A DNA stretch of 64,000 nt from Centroscyllium fabricii (lineage: Eukaryota). The translations under genes and the position numbers were made by a program. Location of the stretch: positions 40,920,001-40,984,000 of the forward strand of contig JBNRSN020000029.1 of assembly GCA_051313645.2 (NCBI GenBank), in the 5' to 3' direction. The notes beneath the pieces were generated by a model. It searched no databases, had not been told where the DNA came from, and was given only the letters and a program-made list of their open reading frames with translations. Positions 36,715 through 49,689 of this stretch are shown in pieces. How positions within the stretch are numbered: the first letter of the stretch is position 1; each line of letters starts with the position of its first letter.

Positions 36715-39700
36715 GGGCGATTTGTGCGACCCTTACAGGCACATAGGAAGTGCGTATGTGGTGCGTACGTGCCCATCGGGGCCGCGCAAGTGCCTGTTTC
36801 AGGCATGCGAAGCACATGCGCTGAAATTCGGCTCTTGAAATCTGTCAAGAATTCACAGGTGACAGATGATCCGCATGCACACTAAAAGTGCCTCTGCGGG
36901 TGGAGATTTGCGCTTTTTGCACAAATTCCGGTTGCTGAATGACAGTCAAATTCTTCTGCCTGGTAGAAGCAGGCGTGCGGCCTTCTTTTGCCAGCTTAAT
37001 AGTTTAAAAATAGAAATATAAAATATGATAACTCATTTATGAATTAAAAATAATCTTCTAAAAGGTCAATTTATTTTTGGCCCCTTAATAATAATGTTTT
37101 AATTATATTTTTGTTTAAAATATTTAATGACATGACATTTTAAATTTAATTTTAAATATGTAATGTTTAAATATATATATTTCACATTTCAGTGAGATTT
37201 TAAACGTGAATCTCATTCATACATTTGACAATTAAGTGCATCGAGAAGAAGTTCTGCTCCTGTCACCGACGGGATTGCTATTTTCTTCTCAACCTTGTTC
37301 ATCCTCATTGCTTTCAGTATCGCTTCTCGTGTTTGATCAGCTATCTGCCAAGACTCGTTTTCACAGCCACATCTCTTTCCTCAGCAACTGTCTCCGGTTT
37401 AAGTTATTCAACAGGAATTCCAACCGAAATTCCACCTCTCGTGTTTCGGATCCACCTATGATTTCAAATATCTCCAAGATATTCAGCGTCCATCCAACTG
37501 CTGATCTTGCCGCATGCTGAGATCCACGCTCAACGCTGTGCCCCGCCACATGAACAATCTCGATCATTCTCATCAACAACACTAACGCATTCTATCGCAA
37601 AACTATCCTGGTCCCACTGTTCCATTTCATCCTGCAACTAAAGAAAAAACATTTTTTTCTTCCTTTCAGATGTCAAGGATTGCAAGCTTCGGCAGCTCTT
37701 GGACACAAACGCCACTCCAGAGCTTTCTTCCCCTTCAATGTCCTTTGACTCCATCCCTTCTTCCAATCTCACCCGCTGCTATGTTTTCACTATTCCCTCT
37801 GACCTAACAATCTGTGGCCCTGAACCAGCAGGCCGCAGCAAATACGCACGCATTTCAATGAATTTCGAACTTGGCACGATGCTGAGCTCTTTTACATCGC
37901 CTTTGTCTCCGTACCCACTTTTATAGCCAGGAGTCTTTGCCTCCATGGCTGTCCAACTTATAGACCGCAACCCCCCGCAAAGCCCGCTTCTACCTCGTTC
38001 CAAAGACCACAATGCGGGATGTCCTGGTAGACCCACCGTTTCAGCCTGTTCTTGCCCCACGGAACTGATTTCTTCCTATCTGTACTCTACTTTTGCCCCT
38101 TGTTGTCCATTCTCATCCAACCTACATTCACGATTCTTCTGAAGCACTCCACCACTTTTCCAGTTTCCAGCTTCCTGGCCCCAACCGTGCTCATGTCACT
38201 ATGGACGTCCAATGCCTGAACACATTCATCCCACACCAGGATGACCTCAGGGCTCGCCACTTCTTCCTTGAATAGATGTCGAACATTGCCCCAAGGAACT
38301 TATCTCTGCCTATCTCGACACTATCTTTCTCCCCTTGTCCAGTCCCTTCCTACCTACACCCGTGACTCTTCCGACACCCTCCACCACTTTAACAGCTTTC
38401 AGTTTCCCGGCCCCAACCACCTCCATTTCACTATGGACGTAAATCCCTCTACACCTCCATCCCCCACCAGGATGGCCAGAGTGCACTACACTTCGTCCTT
38501 GAACAGAGGCCCAACAAGTCGCCATCGATAACCACCCTCCTCCACCTGGCTGAACTGGTTCTCACATTGAATAACTTCTCCTTTGGCTTCACTCATATCA
38601 TCCAGATTAGTGGTGTTGCTATGGGAATCCTTATGGGCACTAGCACTGCCTGCCTTTTCGTGGGGTATGTGGAAGAATCTTTGTTCCAGTCCGACTCAGT
38701 TCCCCTTCCGCCTCTCTTTTTCTGGTATATTGAAGACCGTATTGGTGCCATTTTCTGCTATCGCCCTGAACTGGAATATTTCATTCACATTGCTTCCAAT
38801 TGCTACCTTTCCCTCCAATTCACATGGTCCATCTCTGATTCTTCTGTTCCCCTCCTTGACTTCTCTGTCTCCATTTCTGGCAAGTCACTATCGCCAAACA
38901 ACCACTGCAAGCCCACTGACTCGTACAGCTATCTGGTCTACATTTACTCCAACCTCGCTTCCTGTAATGACTCTATTGCATGCTCCCAGTTTGTCCAGAT
39001 CTACCGCACCTGTTCTGATGATCCCACCTTACATACCATTGCCTTCAATATGTCTTCCTCTTTCCTAAACTACGAATTCCGCTCTACCGCGATTGGCTTG
39101 GCCCTCAACCCTGTCAGTTCCATTTCCCGTTCTTCTCCTCTCACCCCTTCTCCGTCCCAGAAACTCGATAGGTGTTACCCATGTTCTCACCTTTCACCCC
39201 GCCAGGCTGCACATTCAATTTATCATCCACTACCATTTCCCCCACCTCCAACCTGATCCCACCAACGAACGCATCTTTCCCTCACCACCTCTTTCATTAA
39301 TCTGAAGGGTCTGCTCCCTCCGCAACATCTCGGTCCACTCCTCAGCCACCCCTAACAGCACCTGCCCCCCCAAGGGCACATTCCCGTGCATGCACAAAGA
39401 TGTAACATCTGCCCTTTTACCTCCTCCCTTCCCAATGTGGAGGGTGCCCAAAAACCCCTTCCAGGTGCAACAGCGATTTAATTGTACTTCTTGAAATTTT
39501 GCTTCCTCTATTCACTGCTCATGATGCGGTCTCCTCTACATTCGGGAGACCAAACGCTGATTGGGTGACCGCTTTACGGAACAATTACCTTCAGTTGTAA
39601 GGGTGACCTCGAGCTTCTGTTGGTTGTCACTTTAATTCTTCCCTCCACTCAGTCTCTGACCTCTCTGTCCTCGGCCTCTTAGCACTGTTCCCAAAATGTC

Positions 39701-40293
39701 CAACGGAAGCTCGAGGAACAGCACCTCATCTTTCGATTATGCACTTGACAGCCTTCTGAACGCAACATTTAGTTCAACAATTTCAGGCTATATCCTTCTA
39801 ACTTTATGAGGCGACAACTGTTGATGATTCTGACATTCTCATTTGCACATTTTATCTCTCCTGTGTTCAATTGTCGCACAGATTATGCCTTCAGTTACTT
39901 CCACCCCGCCTCCTTTTTCCTGTCTCTGCACCTGCATAAAAACTGTGACATCTCCAACGTTTACCCGTTCTGAGGAAGGGTCACAGACATGAAACGTTGA
40001 CTCTGTTTTTCTCTCCACAGTTTCTGCCTGGCCTGCTGATTGTTACCTGCTTTTTCTGTTGTTATTTATGAAGGGTGTTTAGCTTTTTCCATTAGTTCGC
40101 CTGGCCAATGTCATCCAATGTGCACTTGCGAACCCCGTGTACCCGTGGGATACGTGGGCCTCCGTGCATTTCGAAGAGGAGAGGCCAAGGATCGCAAGCC
40201 TCAGGATCTACGGAACCAGCAGGTACGTTCATAGATTTTTTCCCGACCGGAGTCATCCACGTATAGGAAGCCTCTGATCAGAGATTCAGGGCC
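36715..40293. mobile_element. Harbinger-like MITE split by a Penelope insertion (about 36715-37222 and 40075-40293)
   Basis: Halves match the left and right parts of the 15700 MITE; ends gggcgatttg / gattcagggcc. Confidence 0.65.
37225..40070 (+). mobile_element. Degenerate Penelope-like retroelement (RT + GIY-YIG) with terminal repeat
   Basis: PGRPTVSACSCPTELISSYL, FTMDV and QISGVAMG..ACLFVGYVE RT motifs; CGLLYI.ETKR GIY-YIG remnant at about 39520-39560; hammerhead-like motif at 39970-39998. Confidence 0.9.
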
Positions 40294-40367
40294 ATTTTAT
40301 TTTCATACGAGCTTATGTGTTGCCAAACTGGGGATAGATAAGGCGCTGGGAGCAGCATAATTGTTTT

Positions 40368-40676
40368 CTTAGAATCCCTACAGTGCAGATAGAGGCCATT
40401 TAGGCCCATCGAGTCTGCACCGACACATATCCCACCCTATCCCCGTTAACCCACTTATTTAATCCCCCTAACACTAAGGGTAAATTTATCATGACCAATC
40501 AACCTAACCCGCACATCTTTGGACTGTGGGAGGAAATCGGAGCGCCCGGAGGAAACCCACGCAGACACGGGGAGAATGTGCAAACTCCACACAGATAGTC
40601 ACCCGAGGCCGGATTTGAAACCGGGGCCCTGGCGCTGTGAGGCAACAGTGCTAACCACTATGCCACCGTGCCGCCC
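40368..40676 (-). mobile_element. Full-length HE1-type V-SINE with short alternative tail
   Basis: tRNA head and V-domain; tail ctcgatgggcctaaatggcctctatctgcactgtagggattct. Confidence 0.95.
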
Positions 40677-41363
40677 GTTTTCCAACAGAATCTGTAACAT
40701 TATGGCCTAGCATCGCCTTCCCTCTTTCATTGCCTTCAAGCTAGGAGACCAACCCTGTTTCCATGAAGTGTGGAAAAGCATGCCACGCAGAACACCAGGT
40801 GTATGTAAAATGATATGGAACTCGAAAATCAAACTACATTAAATGCTACAAAACGCTAATGCTAGTCTGTGGATGCAAAGGAAAGCATGAGGAGTGAGAA
40901 CAATGTCTTAATTCAGTAAAAAGATTCCAGTCTAAATCCTGTGATCGTCTAATGGTACTTCCGACCAAGAGGACGTAATAGATAGGAACACGTTTCACAG
41001 ACTATGGAAATGTGTACAAGAGAGAAGACATTAATTACGGATGGCGGGTTGGATTGAGTTGATATTATTGGGAAAGAGGTGTATGTATGGTTTTAGAAAT
41101 TAAATAGGATTTCGATGCTGCTTATACAAAAGTCAAGTGATCAGCAGTAGCTCTAAATGACAACCTAGAAAATACACAACCAGTTATTATCTCAATAGCG
41201 CTCAAGCCTACATTGCATAATCTGATAGTCTTGATCTTTGTTCAAAAAGGGCGTATATGAAAAAACAACAGGATGTGTTATTCAACTCAAGATGTTCCGA
41301 GTAAATATATAGAGATGTTTTATTCTCAGGTGAATATAAAGCATTTGAAATGAATTGCCTTAC

Positions 41364-41399
41364 CTGCGTCCTGCAGTCTTCCGATCAGTTTTCCTATTT
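41364..41399 (-). CDS. 36-nt phase-1 micro-exon (EIGKLIGRLQDA)
   Basis: ttcatatttcag|AAATAGG..GACGCAG|gtaagg; both sites near consensus. Confidence 0.7.
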
Positions 41400-41488
41400 C
41401 TGAAATATGAATACAGCTTGTTGTACTGCGAAAGCTGAAAGCATCATGGAATATTTTTTCAAAGTTAGTGATCGCAGAAGAATATATT

Positions 41489-41850
41489 GGCCCAGAAATT
41501 GCAGTGGAGCCTTCGTGCGGGTGGAGTACCTGCAACACACTTGAACAGCCCATATTCAGGTTTGCTTTTTTGCACTCAGAAATTGCAGTTAGCCCAGCCT
41601 ATCAGAGCTCCGTGCGAGCTTCATGGGCATCTGAAAGCCGTAATTAGTGCGAGATGGCTTTTGAGACCACCTGATTGGCAGGGAGCCAATCAATGGAACC
41701 AATTCTCCGTTCAAAACTTCCACTGAGAAATCTGTGCGAGTTCTGAAAGGAGAGATTGCCCAAAAGACATCTAAACAGAAATATAAAATTGTACAAACAC
41801 CACATTTTTTAAACATTATCCGAACTAACACACATAACCTATTTTAAAGA
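41489..41850. mobile_element. Truncated MITE, near-identical to 19153-19515
   Basis: Direct alignment over about 360 bp. Confidence 0.85.
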
Positions 41851-44800
41851 TATGGGCAGACTCCAATTTCTCGCCCATTCAGTTTGGGCCTAGCGCACAA
41901 TGGGAGAATACCTATTTTTTTCAATTGCAAAGATAATTGTGAAGAATGAAAAATAGCAGCGAATTTGATTTTGCCAGCTTTCGCTACCAGCCTGGAGAAA
42001 TGTAGCGCACATTTAGTTGGCTTCTTAGGTGTCTATTTCCAATTGGATCGCTCGGGCCAAGAACGGGCGTTCTGGATCCGCTGCAGTTACAGAAATTAAC
42101 CGATTTCCATTTTCACTGATTTCAATAGAAATCGGGCTGTTTTTATCAATGGAGTTTAAATTGGGTGGTTTCTGCAACGGGTGCCCAATCCCCAACATTG
42201 GGATCATTGTATTAACATTGGGTTGAGGTGGAAAATGGGAGATATCAAGTTGGCTGTCTTTTATACACACCTAGTTCTTTATCCAGTTGACGTAAATGGA
42301 AGGGAAGATCGTGTGGGGTGTATAATCGGCGGCCAGCAAGAATTCACCGATTATACACTATCGCCCAAAGTTAAAATTACGCTCCACATATTGCCGGATA
42401 TTCCAGTAGGTATGAATAAGTAAGTTAAAAGAAATAAACATCCATCAGATTTTCGTGACAAATCCTGTCCTTTCAACTCAAGAATGAACAGCATAACTTT
42501 CAAAACAATGCATATATAACAAGGGAAAAGATTTATCTATTACCAGTCCAAATGAAGTCGGAATAAAATTTTAATTCTGAAAACTCACATATATTATATG
42601 GCTGGTAATCGCTTTCTGATGTTGAACAACGTTACTTGTAGGAGCGTTAGAACTTTACCGAGCATCAATACATGAAGTTGTATGTATAGATATAACAAAT
42701 TGTGAGTTTGGATAAAAAAAAATGCTGATATACGAAATAAGTCCAAATGCCAATTCAGTTGAACGTTTATTAAAGATTTTAGATATTTGTAAAACTTTTA
42801 GAAGATTTTAAATGTTCTCGAAGTCTTTGAAAGTTTTTATCATCTTTAAAATGTTTTCAAAGTGTAATTTCAGTAGAAGAGGCAGAGAGACGTTACTGCG
42901 GGCTTGGCTTAGATTTGACAGCTTTTGTGGGCATGACTTCCCTTACGCATTGGCTGTACGCAGTGCTCCTCTCGTCGATTAAGTCACATGCTGTGCAGAA
43001 CTCTGCAGCGTCAAAGAGGAAGTCTGTGTTCTGGGCCTTGCACAGGTTTAGTTCATAATCTCTTTGCAGGTTGGCAGTGTACTCCGTAGCTAAACCACCG
43101 ACCGTAATTTTGGGGCAATGAATGATATAATTATAATGTCGCTTTGCTCGGGCACTATTCAAACAATGTATAATTAGAAAAAATTGCAGCGGTCAATTGC
43201 AGCCCTGCATAAAATTGATGGGTGCCTGGCTGTCCTGTTAATACAAAGTTTAAATTATGCCAGCAATCAAGACAAAGTTACAATATTAACTTTGTCTTGA
43301 ACCTGCGAATTTGCCATGTTACAGTCTGTATTATATAATTACTTCGCAAGTTGCCAAGTAATTTAACTGTACATTAATTTGTTACAAAGGCCTGTGAACA
43401 ATTGCATGGAGATAAGGGACATTGTAGTTGTTAACCCGACAATTTTTGTGACGAAATTGGAGAAATATTGCAGCGATCACTAACAAGTAAATTGAAAATA
43501 AATAGGTAGTTTGCTACTTCTACAGCAAAACATGTTGGATTCGAATGCAATGTATAGATATCGTGACGTATTTACCGATGTCTTTTGCCAGCAGCTGCCT
43601 CACTGTAACACAATTCATTAAGCGAATGTATTCATTATTGTTACGAATCTACAAATAACAACAAATATAATTATATTAAACGAATCAGTCGAGAGTACAA
43701 AGTGCAATTTGTAAGGTAAAACTATTACACAAACTCCAGTTAAAATGCATTCTGTAAATAATTGGGATGATATCTTTTTGATATAATGCTACGCAGTCAA
43801 ATATAGGCCCTGAAATTACTCAGTCGTGGATCGTCATGAACGACTGTAAAATTCTTAACGAAGTCTCTATTACACTTCACAAATCGTCGTGGAATTCTGA
43901 CATGAGACAAATTTTCTTTGTCAGTGGTTCAGCGTAAGAGCGTGGAGGGCAGACGCTCTTATCACGCACTGGGGTGTATACTGCTCAGAAATGTATGTAA
44001 TTTAATTTTAAAGAAGGAAAACACTTGGATCCTGATGAAATAATGGAGTCTGATACATCAATAACTTCAAGCAAAGCTTTAATCGACTACATTAACACTA
44101 TGTAAAAAAGACGGGTTTTCCCATGCTTCCAGTTGAAACTTTCTCCACATACTGAGCAGTTCCAGTATTTATAGTAGCAGGAAACAGGAAGTGACAAGTA
44201 CAGAGTTCAGCCCTTAGTCTTCCCCCGGAAGTCTGTTTAATATTACCACAGATCCCAAATTGCAACACGTGCTTTCGTAGCAACACGCTCTCGGCAGGTT
44301 TGGATGGGAAATGTGCTTCTTAGTTGAAAGAGAAATTATGTCTCTCGCTGTAATCCTTAATTTGTAGGTCGATTGTTTGTGTGTGTTCTGCATTGATATA
44401 AATTATCTAATCATTCTTATGTTTCTTCTATTTCCTGAAGTGTGTAAGTTTTTCCCAGGGAATGAATGAGAACACCAATAGAAATTAATTAAGCAATGCA
44501 TTGTACTATAACTTCAGTCATATGAGTCAATCTTGCGCATGTTCTACTTTATTGGAACGCTTTTACCTGGTTATTTATCCACATTGTTTTTGTGAAAATG
44601 TGTTTCCTGACATCAATCTTGAACTTACATTTCATTATATGTGCCTGAGTAGAGCGAAAAACTGCATTTGATCGTCATATTATTACCTTGATGATATTAT
44701 CCAATTACCTCAAGATAACTCCCTGAAAACACGGCCGTGACCATGAGCTTCATACTGTCCGCCTGATTATTTTCCTTTATTGTGCGCAAGTAAAAGATAA

Positions 44801-46074
44801 TTGGAACGCTCAGTGGGTGTTATTATTATGTTGCTGCATTACTTATATTGTTTATTGTGTTCCGGGATCACGGAAAATTATCATCTGTTACCCATTTTGA
44901 AGAAAATAGGTGGAACATGTGTGCAGCAAATATAGAATGCTTGGAAGTTAATGATCCAACTTCCCAACTTACAGCCTCCTTGTAACTCGCTCAGCCAAAT
45001 GCTTCTGTAAATGACCTCCCTTAGAGAGAGAAGAAATGTGACTGGAAAGGGTTCCTGAAAACGGCTGTTTAGAGATTAGGAGCACGATGGGGTTTTTCTC
45101 CCTAAGTCGTACCCTAAATTTTGGTGAAACGGCTCAATTCTCCAAAATAATGAACAGCACCAGTAAACAGGTCTAGAAACGTGATAAAAAGCATCAGTTT
45201 CATGGTTCAGATGGAGATGGCACAGATAACTTTATTCAATGCCATAATGAGTCAGAGCAGCAAAACGTAAGCAAACTGATGAAGACTGCCACTAGACTAA
45301 TGCTTCTGTGCAAGCGACGATAAGTAGCAGTTATAAAAGTAAATTATCAGTAATCCACCCTTTTTTACATTACAAAGTGAAGAGATATGCCTGTATAAGT
45401 TCTTGATCACTGCCAATGCGCGGCAAGGTTATCGGCCTCTGCTTTCAGCTGCTGCTTTTGCCAACCTTCAATTTTCCACAGAAGCAGAAAAACAAGGCAT
45501 AATCGCTGGAATAGATTATTTCATCCCTGCCTAACTGCAAAACTTTAGATATTTCCATGTTCTATCTTGCCATCACGCTAGCAGCATGTCCGCACTTCTA
45601 TCTGGGTTGGATAATACTTGGAAACTTCTGTTTTCCCCTGCCTAGCCCATATCCAGCTTCAGAGTACCTACCGCATTTTGGTAAAGCAAAATTGACGTAA
45701 TTAATAATTGTCTGTTATCAGAAAATCAATGATTAAACGGATTATGAATCAAAGACGATTCCTATTTCCGAATGGAAATCTTATAGGCCCTAAGCCAACC
45801 AAGGGGCTTCGGCGGCACTGAGTGGTTTATCGTGAATGGTGGTCACATCATATGCCTTTCCCTGTCGATTAATGTCAGCACACACAGGCATAGAACCACC
45901 ACGTGAGGCGAATTTCTAGGCATCGTTGTCTTAAAATAAGCAGCTCGCTGCGTGAGAGTCACCTCCGTTGGCGAGGCCCTCCGAAAATTCAACCCAATAA
46001 AGTGCTGGGATCAAACGTTGTTAGCTGAAGTCACTGTTACGGCATCGTTTTCTCCCCCTAACTGCCTTTAATTA

Positions 46075-47200
46075 CGTACAGCACGGGAACCGGCCATATG
46101 GCTCACATTGTCAATGTCGGCATTTACATTCACTCGAGCCTCCTCCCATTCCTTCTCAACTAACTCTATCTGCATAATCCTTCATTCCCTTACAAGAAAC
46201 ATAGAAGATAGGAGCAGGAGTAGGCAATTCGGCCCTTCGAGCCTGCTCCGCTATTCAATGAGATCATGGCCGTTCATTCAAAACCAGCACACCGCCCCTG
46301 CCCTCTCCCCATATCCCTCGATCCCCATCTAGCTTACACCGACACATATCCCACCCTATCCCAGTACCCCCACTTATTCAATCCCTCTAACACTAAGGGT
46401 CAATTTATCATTGCCAATCAACCTAACCCGCACATCTTTGTACTGTGGGAGGAAACCGGGAGCTCCCGGAGGAAACCCACGCAGAATGTGGAAACTCCAC
46501 ACAGATAGTACCCGAGGCTAGATTTGAACCCGGGTCTCCAGAGCTGTGAGGCAACAGTGCTAACCACTATGTCACCGTGCTGCCCACACTTGTTTGCCTA
46601 GCTTTCCCTTAAATGCGTCTATAATATTCGCCAAAAATATTACCTTTGGTAGCGTATTCGACATTCTCACCACTGGTAAAGTGTTGTCATCTGAATTATC
46701 TATTTGATTTCTTGGTAATTACTTTACATTGAAGTAATCTAGTTTTGTTCTTCCCCAAGTCGAAACACGATCACTGTCTGTAATCTATTAAAACCTATCA
46801 TAATTTTAAAAACCTCTATTAGGTTATCGATTATATCCCTCTATTCAAGAGAAAAGAGGCGAAGCCTTTTCTCATTTCCCGATAGCCAGAAATTCGCAGT
46901 TCTGGTATCATCCTTGTAATTGTTTGGTGCACTCTCTCCATTACCTCTATATCCTTTTAATACTACGACGACCAGAAATATACGCAGTACTCCAAGTGAT
47001 GTCTAACCAAGTTTCTATAAATGTTTAGAATAACTTCTCCAGTTTTCAATTCTGTCACTCAAGAAAGGAACCCTATTGTCTGGTTTGCTTTTTGCATCAA
47101 ATTAGAAGCCTTATTTTAGTGATTTATTTATATTACACCAAGATCCCGTTACTCCTCTACACCACTCATACTTTGGTTTTACAAATATTATGCGATCTTG
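46075..47200 (-). mobile_element. Old CR1 3' fragment interrupted by a SINE
   Basis: Antisense ORF2 C-terminal motifs and 3' UTR. Confidence 0.75.
46197..46586 (-). mobile_element. Full-length HE1-type V-SINE (long tail)
   Basis: Head, V-domain and tail as at 35110. Confidence 0.95.
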
Positions 47201-47864
47201 TTAAAATATTTAAGAAATTATTTAAGTGGCCAAGCTATAACTGCATTCATTCATTATAAAAATGTTGGTGTTGGAGCAAATGTGGGGGAAGGGAAAGCGT
47301 AATTTTGTCGCTACATCTGAACAACAGACCGCTTGGAAGTGCAAGGAGAGGGAGTAGAAACACCCAGGTCAAGATAATGGCTCATGCCCTGATAAGTGTT
47401 TCGTTGCCAAGATACCACATAACATAGTTGAAGTGAAACAATTAGCCTACGTACTTACTGTATTGTAAAGAAATATAGCACAAAGGCAAAGACTGAACAG
47501 AATAGAAGCTGGGTAAACACCTAAAAACCAGGCCTCAAATAAACGTACAACGTATGTAATACATGGGCACAGAGAAAAGTTACATTATAGTATAAAACCA
47601 GAACAATTTTTCGATATAGTGTTCTTGCAAGAGATGCGAGCCGTTCAGCGATGCTCAAGGCCTACAGGACTAGGGCTAGCGGCTCCAGATCTTGGAAACC
47701 GGATGTGTTATAGTCTTGGGACGGAGCGCGCTCTCAAGCCAGAAGGAGCCAGGGAACCATATTATAAAATGTGCATGTCATCTTGATATTTGTATGAATG
47801 TAAGACCTTTAACAATCAATGTAATAATGCGTGTTGTTATAAAATCACAATAGCGTGAATTATG

Positions 47865-49447
47865 GTCAGAGTTATTGCCGCAGGACTAACTGCCCTTTGG
47901 TGCGATTTATCCGGGGGCAGCGGGCGCATTTGTCATTGAGTCGAGTGGGATTATTTTGACAGAGGGTCCGCAACCCATTTTGAACACGCCGCCACGCGAC
48001 TCACATATGTCGAGTCAGTCAATGCTGAACTGACCCAACACGCAGAGTCGGGGGAGGCGGTTTAGGTCATTATGAATTTGTTAAGAGCCACGGAAACATT
48101 AGTTTGCACTCTCCTTGACATTTTACGAGGCCGCGCAAGGGAAGAATGCTGCTCAGGGATCAAGTGATGTAAGCAGTTCGGGAGTTGGGTTACCATGAAA
48201 TGATCATGTTACTTGACAACAGCAAATGTGCTATAAAGGCTCCCATCTCATAGCCGTTCACTTTGCAAGCTCAGAACCTGCTGCTTGGGGAATCTGTAAG
48301 ACAGAGTGAGTTGTATGCAGGTGGCAAGTGTTTGGAGTAAACGCTGTATCCAGTTTCACATCATTGACACAATCTCTCACCACTGACAGATTGCTTCTGT
48401 CATCTCAAGTTCAGCTGCCATCAGCATGAATCAGCATTGTTGCCCTTGAAACTATCTTAGCTTTGTCCTCAGAATCCCACCACAATCATTCCCAATACCA
48501 GCAGCAACAGGCAAACCAACAGCACCAAGAAAAACACCAAACTTCCTCGCTGTCAATTGGTGCTGCACGGGACACAGGACATCAGCACTCGGCCACATTG
48601 CTACCCGGGAGGCCAAGGAAGGTCAGTAAGCCGCTTTCAAAGGTGCATAATAATATGTCCAAGAACGCAGATTAACAGATATTTCACAGGAACATTGGCT
48701 AAGCACACAAGTGCCTACCATTGTGTGTTGTTAGCTGCAATGATTGGACTAGGATGAGGGTGAGTGTGATGAGTGGCTAGTGAGATGGAGAAATGATACT
48801 GTTGATAGACTGGGATTGATGGAGGTTCAAGGTAAGTTTGTGCGAGGAAGGATGTGCAGGAGTAGGGTAGGGGAGGCAGAGTGATGGTGATGTGATGATT
48901 GGTAAAGCAGGGTGAGGATTAGTGTGGCTCTGCAGTAACGTTTTGTGATCTATTGAGATCATTGAAAGATTTGCGCCAGGGAGCCTGGTCGTCCTGCTGC
49001 CAACCCTACTTGTGTCCTCCTGTGTAATATGCAATGAGGCTGCGTTGATCTCATGGAAAGGTCCTTGGAAAGGAAGCGCATCTCCCTCCGTATTTTAGCT
49101 CCCTTCATAAACATACGGAAATAGTCATAGGAGAACCTAGGTTTAGCTCTGCATCTCTGTGCAGTATTTCTCAGTTTTCGCAGCTCCTCAGTGCTGCAGG
49201 AGACTGACAGCATCGCTGTCAAAATAAATGTTTGCATGGTCCCTTTAAGGAAACCGTCTGAAAATCTGGCAACAATAGACGTCATTAGGCCCTCTTACGT
49301 CAATTGGCCGACAAACGCGCTGGGCGGGCTGAATAAGCCTAATCAGTGCAAGATCAACTTGGACCACCGGCTGGAGCCAACAACGAGGCCGAGACCCGCC
49401 AGCACCCCAGCCGCAACAGACTCGCCGGAGTAGGGGAAATCGCGACC
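47865..49447 (-). mobile_element. Harbinger deletion derivative with Myb/SANT-like remnant
   Basis: AKPRFS.. and ..QIFQ/NDL remnants at 48950-49170; GC-rich subterminal ends. Confidence 0.55.
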
Positions 49448-49522
49448 ACTGTTGCAATGATAACCACGGTGTAATTCTCCAACAAACCTCATTATTTTTC
49501 AAAACAAAATGTAATAACTCAC

Positions 49523-49564
49523 ATTCCTCAATTTTGAAATTAATTTTCCAATTATATGTCCACT
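49523..49564 (-). CDS. 42-nt candidate micro-exon (phase 1 xWTYNWKINFKIEE; phase 0 SGHIIGKLISKLRN)
   Basis: tttttaatttgcag|AGTGG..AGGAAT|gtgagt. Confidence 0.55.
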
Positions 49565-49689
49565 CTGCAAATTAAAAATGCCTTCAGATGATTTGTTGCA
49601 TTGATCATCAATTTTGCAAGTTCTTGTCTTGCACAACTTTTGAATTTCCGTTTTTGATTCCAAAATCGAAATCCTTAAAATTAAATCAG

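Noticed and set aside
47459-47492. 34-nt exon-like segment with gtaagt donor
   Set aside because: Frame-shifting and ambiguous; could simply be a pyrimidine tract
48463-48675. Q/H-rich ORF
   Set aside because: Lies within a Harbinger derivative and resembles the start of its transposase region, not a host gene
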